From contig OZ365115.1 of assembly GCA_977030845.1 (NCBI GenBank), positions 31,372,001 through 31,436,000 of the forward strand: a stretch of 64,000 nucleotides of DNA. The letters are read 5' to 3'. The notes below the pieces were generated by a model. That model did not search any database, was not told where the DNA came from, and worked only from the letters and a program-made list of their open reading frames with translations. A program made the position numbers and the translations under genes. The first letter of the stretch is position 1. Each line of letters opens with the position of its first letter. Shown here piece by piece: positions 60,082-64,000 of this stretch. Source of the DNA: Fimbriosthenelais zetlandica. Taxonomy: Eukaryota.

Positions 60082-60350
60082 AAGCACTCGTTCATTTCAC
60101 TTACCTACCTACATGAATTGATAAGGTCAACCTTCATAGGTTCAGTGTAGCCAGGGACATCGGTTCATTTCTCTATACTACTCACAAGCATTCATAGGAC
60201 GAACCTTGGTCACTATGTAGCCAGGGACGCTCCTTCATTTCCCTATACTACTTTCATTCAGTCATATGGTCAAAACTTGTCAGTCCATATCCAAGGACAT
60301 TCATGACATAAGTTCAACCCCTCGGTCAGTCTATAACCAGGGTATTACCT
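60082..60350. repeat. Degenerate ~70-bp tandem repeat (3-4 units)
   Basis: gtagccagggac..ttcattt.cctatactact recurs about 70 bp apart (near 60148 and 60218); weaker atccaaggac and aaccaggg copies follow. Confidence 0.7.
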
Positions 60351-62932
60351 CTTTTTCCCACAGAACCCACAGTGATTAATTCCGAGGTATTGAGGGTAGA
60401 AAATTAGCAATGATCTAAGACAGACAGTGGGCGAGATGTGGAGGGAGATTTGATCATGGAGGCCTACTGGGCCATCATATACAGACAATAGGCGATGATG
60501 GACAGCCATGAGGAGCTTATCACTGATCGTCGTGACAAGCAGCCACCCTGACCCCGCCCAACACATTAAAAGATAGCCCCACTCCGCCTGCCAACAATCC
60601 CATTATCACAGCTTCTCCACCTGAGACAAGGGTTTCTATGGCAACCGAGCAAGCTTGGTGGATTTAGAGAATGTGGTTAACAGATGTGACCAGCCAGGAG
60701 TGACAAGGAGGGAGAGAGGGGGGTGGGAGGTGAGGCGACACCAGTCCTAGATTACCTACAGATTGTCACTGATTCAAACATATGCAGGGCCCACACTGCT
60801 GTATGCCCAGGAACTATGAAGTTTCACTCCAATTTTATTTTAGAAATATAATGCCTGTAAGAATATATCAGACACACAGTGGTCAGTAAACAGTGGGCTT
60901 TTACTTGGTAGCAGTTTTTAGAGGGAACACCTGTTGTGGGAGAGAGCTGGGAGAGGTTCATTGTGAAGATTGAGTTTATATTCCGGTCACGTGTTGCAAA
61001 GGCCCAACTTGACAATACCCATCCTACTTCACTCATACATAGACATGCCCTCGTCTTATTACGAAAAAACTCAACCTAGACTATAGTGGTACAAGCCAAT
61101 CAATCTTACCATTTTCAGGCAGCTTTCAATAGAGAATGTCCAATACTTTAGCCTTCCTTTAATCATTCAATTTGTTCCTTGGAAATTTGTTCACGAAAGA
61201 GAAAACATCATCATCCGAGGATTCACAAAAGTTTTTTTTTACGCGCCAATCAACATTAATTTGATATGAGGTGAAACAGTATCCAGGTTTTGACAAGAGG
61301 ACAATTGCAAGTCAACACGTTTTTAAGCTTCTCGACTGGATGAGTTTCAGCTGTGTTGAATGCTTGCTCAACAAAAACACCCACTTGTCCCCAGACTTGT
61401 TTGAATGGCGAATATTCTAATCGTGTTCCAAATTCGTATAAAAGCAGTTGGCTGCGATAATGGAATACAAAGCCTGAAGAAGTGAGCTGGGTTTAAAACG
61501 ACCCTCAGATGTAACTCTTCCAAACCAGATCCATTCATAATGAAGAAAGTTTTATACATTTCCCCTTTTTCACTGCATATAATCTATATTTGATATGCAG
61601 TCAGCACTGGAATGGATCCTGGTTAAGAGCACTGGCTTCATAGCCAGAATACATTTCTGGTCCATCTCCTATCGCAGAAGAGAGTTATAAGGGAGGGCTA
61701 TTAGCATCTAGTGCCTGGAGAAGAGCCTGCGGATAATCATCGATATCCACTAATCCATACGACTAGAGAGACCGGCAAGGCACACCAAGAAATGCTACTG
61801 TAGCATATGAACATAGCAATACACCTTGTTTAAGTCTAGATATGACCTGCAAAAGTGAATGTGATGAGCATTATGCATTCCAAATACATTCTCTCAAGAT
61901 TTAGCGAACCATTTGCTTGAAAATCAGGATTCGCGAGTACTTGGATTATACATCTATCTACAGTCCAAAGCATAGGACCTTGCAGGTGTATATTTTGTCC
62001 TGCACCAATGCCACCAAAATCAAATTTCATGAGAAAAGCAATATATTGTAGAGGTGCTGCAGCACCAACGTAAAACAAATTAAGGCTACACAATAATAGG
62101 TATCACTCAATGTCAGATGCGAATGGAAAGTTTTGATGGGTTGAGAACAGGAGTAATGGGATGGGGACAGGAGAAGAGTTGATGATGAGCTATAGACAAA
62201 ATGAAAAGTACATTTATACAATCATGCACCTGCCGTCCTATAATTATAACATTCTTAACTACATCCCGCCCTATACGAGAGTGACAATTAGCGATTGATG
62301 AAGAACATATGAACAGCCATCAGCGAAAAAGAACCGCGGCAGAAGAAAACTGTCATTTCTTATATAGTAATTCAACAATTAGATGAGCTGGCCACAAGCC
62401 TGGTCCCATCAGCATACAGGGGGATGTCATAAAGCAGGTTTGGCGGCCAACAATAAATGGATTGAGTCTGGTGAGCCTTGTACGAGAGGACTGGGAATCA
62501 ATCAATTAATTGCATTAATCCGCCTTCCATGCCCCTCCCTCTGTGCCGTTGCTATGGCAACAAATCCCATGTAGACACTTAGGTAATTATCTATATCTTA
62601 GTTATATATATCAATGGGATCAGGCATGGAGAAGCATCCACATATATATGGTATGATGGAGGACTCCCGGTGCCCACCCTGACTGGGCACTCGTATTTCA
62701 TGCACACTAAGTGGTGGTTGTCGCTATGTGGCTAAAAACTGCATATATATATATGTTCTGTCTTTACCAAAGGGTTTACCAACAATATTTGCATCGATAT
62801 AGCACATGAATCTGTGCAAGCACAGAATATTTGACATAGCGTATATTTTTTATGTTCATACATATTCATGCAAGCATTTACCGTGCACCAACGTTGCAGG
62901 ATTCCATAGTCTAGTTGAAAGACGACGATTTT

Positions 62933-62962
62933 ACTCACCTAAAAAAATAGAAAAAAATAGAA
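62933..62962 (-). promoter_or_regulatory. Candidate recursive-splicing (ratchet) point: acceptor immediately followed by donor
   Basis: Minus strand ttctatttttttctatttttttag|gtgagt; AG at 62940-62939, GT at 62938-62937. Confidence 0.45.
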
Positions 62963-64000
62963 TCATGACTAAACCATAGGACACCAATGGCAAATAAGAG
63001 AACAGACTTATAGAATATATAAACGAATGTATGGCTCTACCAACAATGATGATTTTGAAACTTTTTGAAATCAGTTTTAGGAAAGTTACAAAAAGCAAAT
63101 AGTCCAAATTTATGAAAAATTCTCAAAATAAACATTATTCCTGTGTGTAGAACATGTGATATCCGTGTGACCTTTGAATCAAGGAACCCATTCCTCAGGA
63201 GGAATGTCCACTTGATGTGTTATTGATTGTCAAACCTATAAAGCTACTCCTCCAATATTGATCGTGCCAGCGCATTATCTACAAACCATAACCATAGGAC
63301 AACCCCCTACAAACATCCCAGACAAAAACATTATCCTTCCTAAAATATCCCATACGCATATCAAATTAGGAACATAGAAAACTTTTCCAAGCAATACACA
63401 AGAGGCATTTAAAAAGTTTTTCAAAGTTATTCAATGAATATTGACCTGTGCTTCTGCATACATCCCCTCGGGGAATGTAGCTTGTATGTCCAATAATCTG
63501 GTCGACATAAATGTAGTGACTCAAGCACACACTGACTTTATCGATCAACATATATGGAAAGAGGAAAAAATCTTCAAAGCTATTACAGCCCATTCAATTC
63601 TGGAGCCACATACTCAGAAACAATAGAGCAGAATACCAAGCTGGAAGGCAAACACAGAAATGAAACTGATCGTTCTCATTTGCTTCGCTCCGTCCAGTCT
63701 GACTAGATTTATTGGGATTCTTGGGGAGCATTTGTTGAAGCATCTTCAGAGTATTGGAGGAAGATGGAGATGGATTCATCACTAGTAGAGGCTCATCACG
63801 CGATGTCCAGGCAGTGGTGGGAGGTAAAACAGGACCGACATGTCATCTGTGGGAGGCATGCTTCAACTTCACAAAACACTCCTCTACTCTCATCTAACAT
63901 CATCTCATAGAATCGAAATTTAATCCACTGAATCCTCCCAGTCAAATCAACCCATTTTTTCAATATTTCAATTCCAAGATTGTCAGTTTGGATCCGAGAA

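Overview
Animal (invertebrate-looking, bilaterian) nuclear DNA with GT-AG introns; the species cannot be determined from sequence alone. Two protein-coding genes are recognisable and face each other tail-to-tail: the last two coding exons of EMC1 (+ strand, 236..1081) and a complete five-exon GLCE (heparan sulfate D-glucuronyl C5-epimerase, - strand, 11326..20138, 587 aa). The most unusual feature fills almost all of the gap between their 3' ends (2655..8741). It is a non-coding array of four related 0.8-1.2 kb arms in alternating orientation (A1> <A2 A3> <A4). The arms carry five tRNA-like Pol III-type cassettes (A-box, B-box, T-run) near their outer tips, and these cassettes differ almost entirely in the anticodon loop. 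The arms show a reciprocal mosaic similarity: outer parts pair A1/A4 and A2/A3, inner parts pair A1/A2 and A3/A4, as in a giant four-way junction. A conserved inner-end motif (..GTGAACTAC) flanks unrelated spacer sequences. Other notable items are a ~220 bp palindrome at the inferred GLCE promoter, a predicted spliced uORF overlapping the GLCE start codon, and a 42 kb region (22.3-64 kb) with no recognisable CDS. That region holds candidate minus-strand microexons, a candidate recursive-splicing site and several RFX boxes. All identity statements come from by-eye alignment; no database search was possible.
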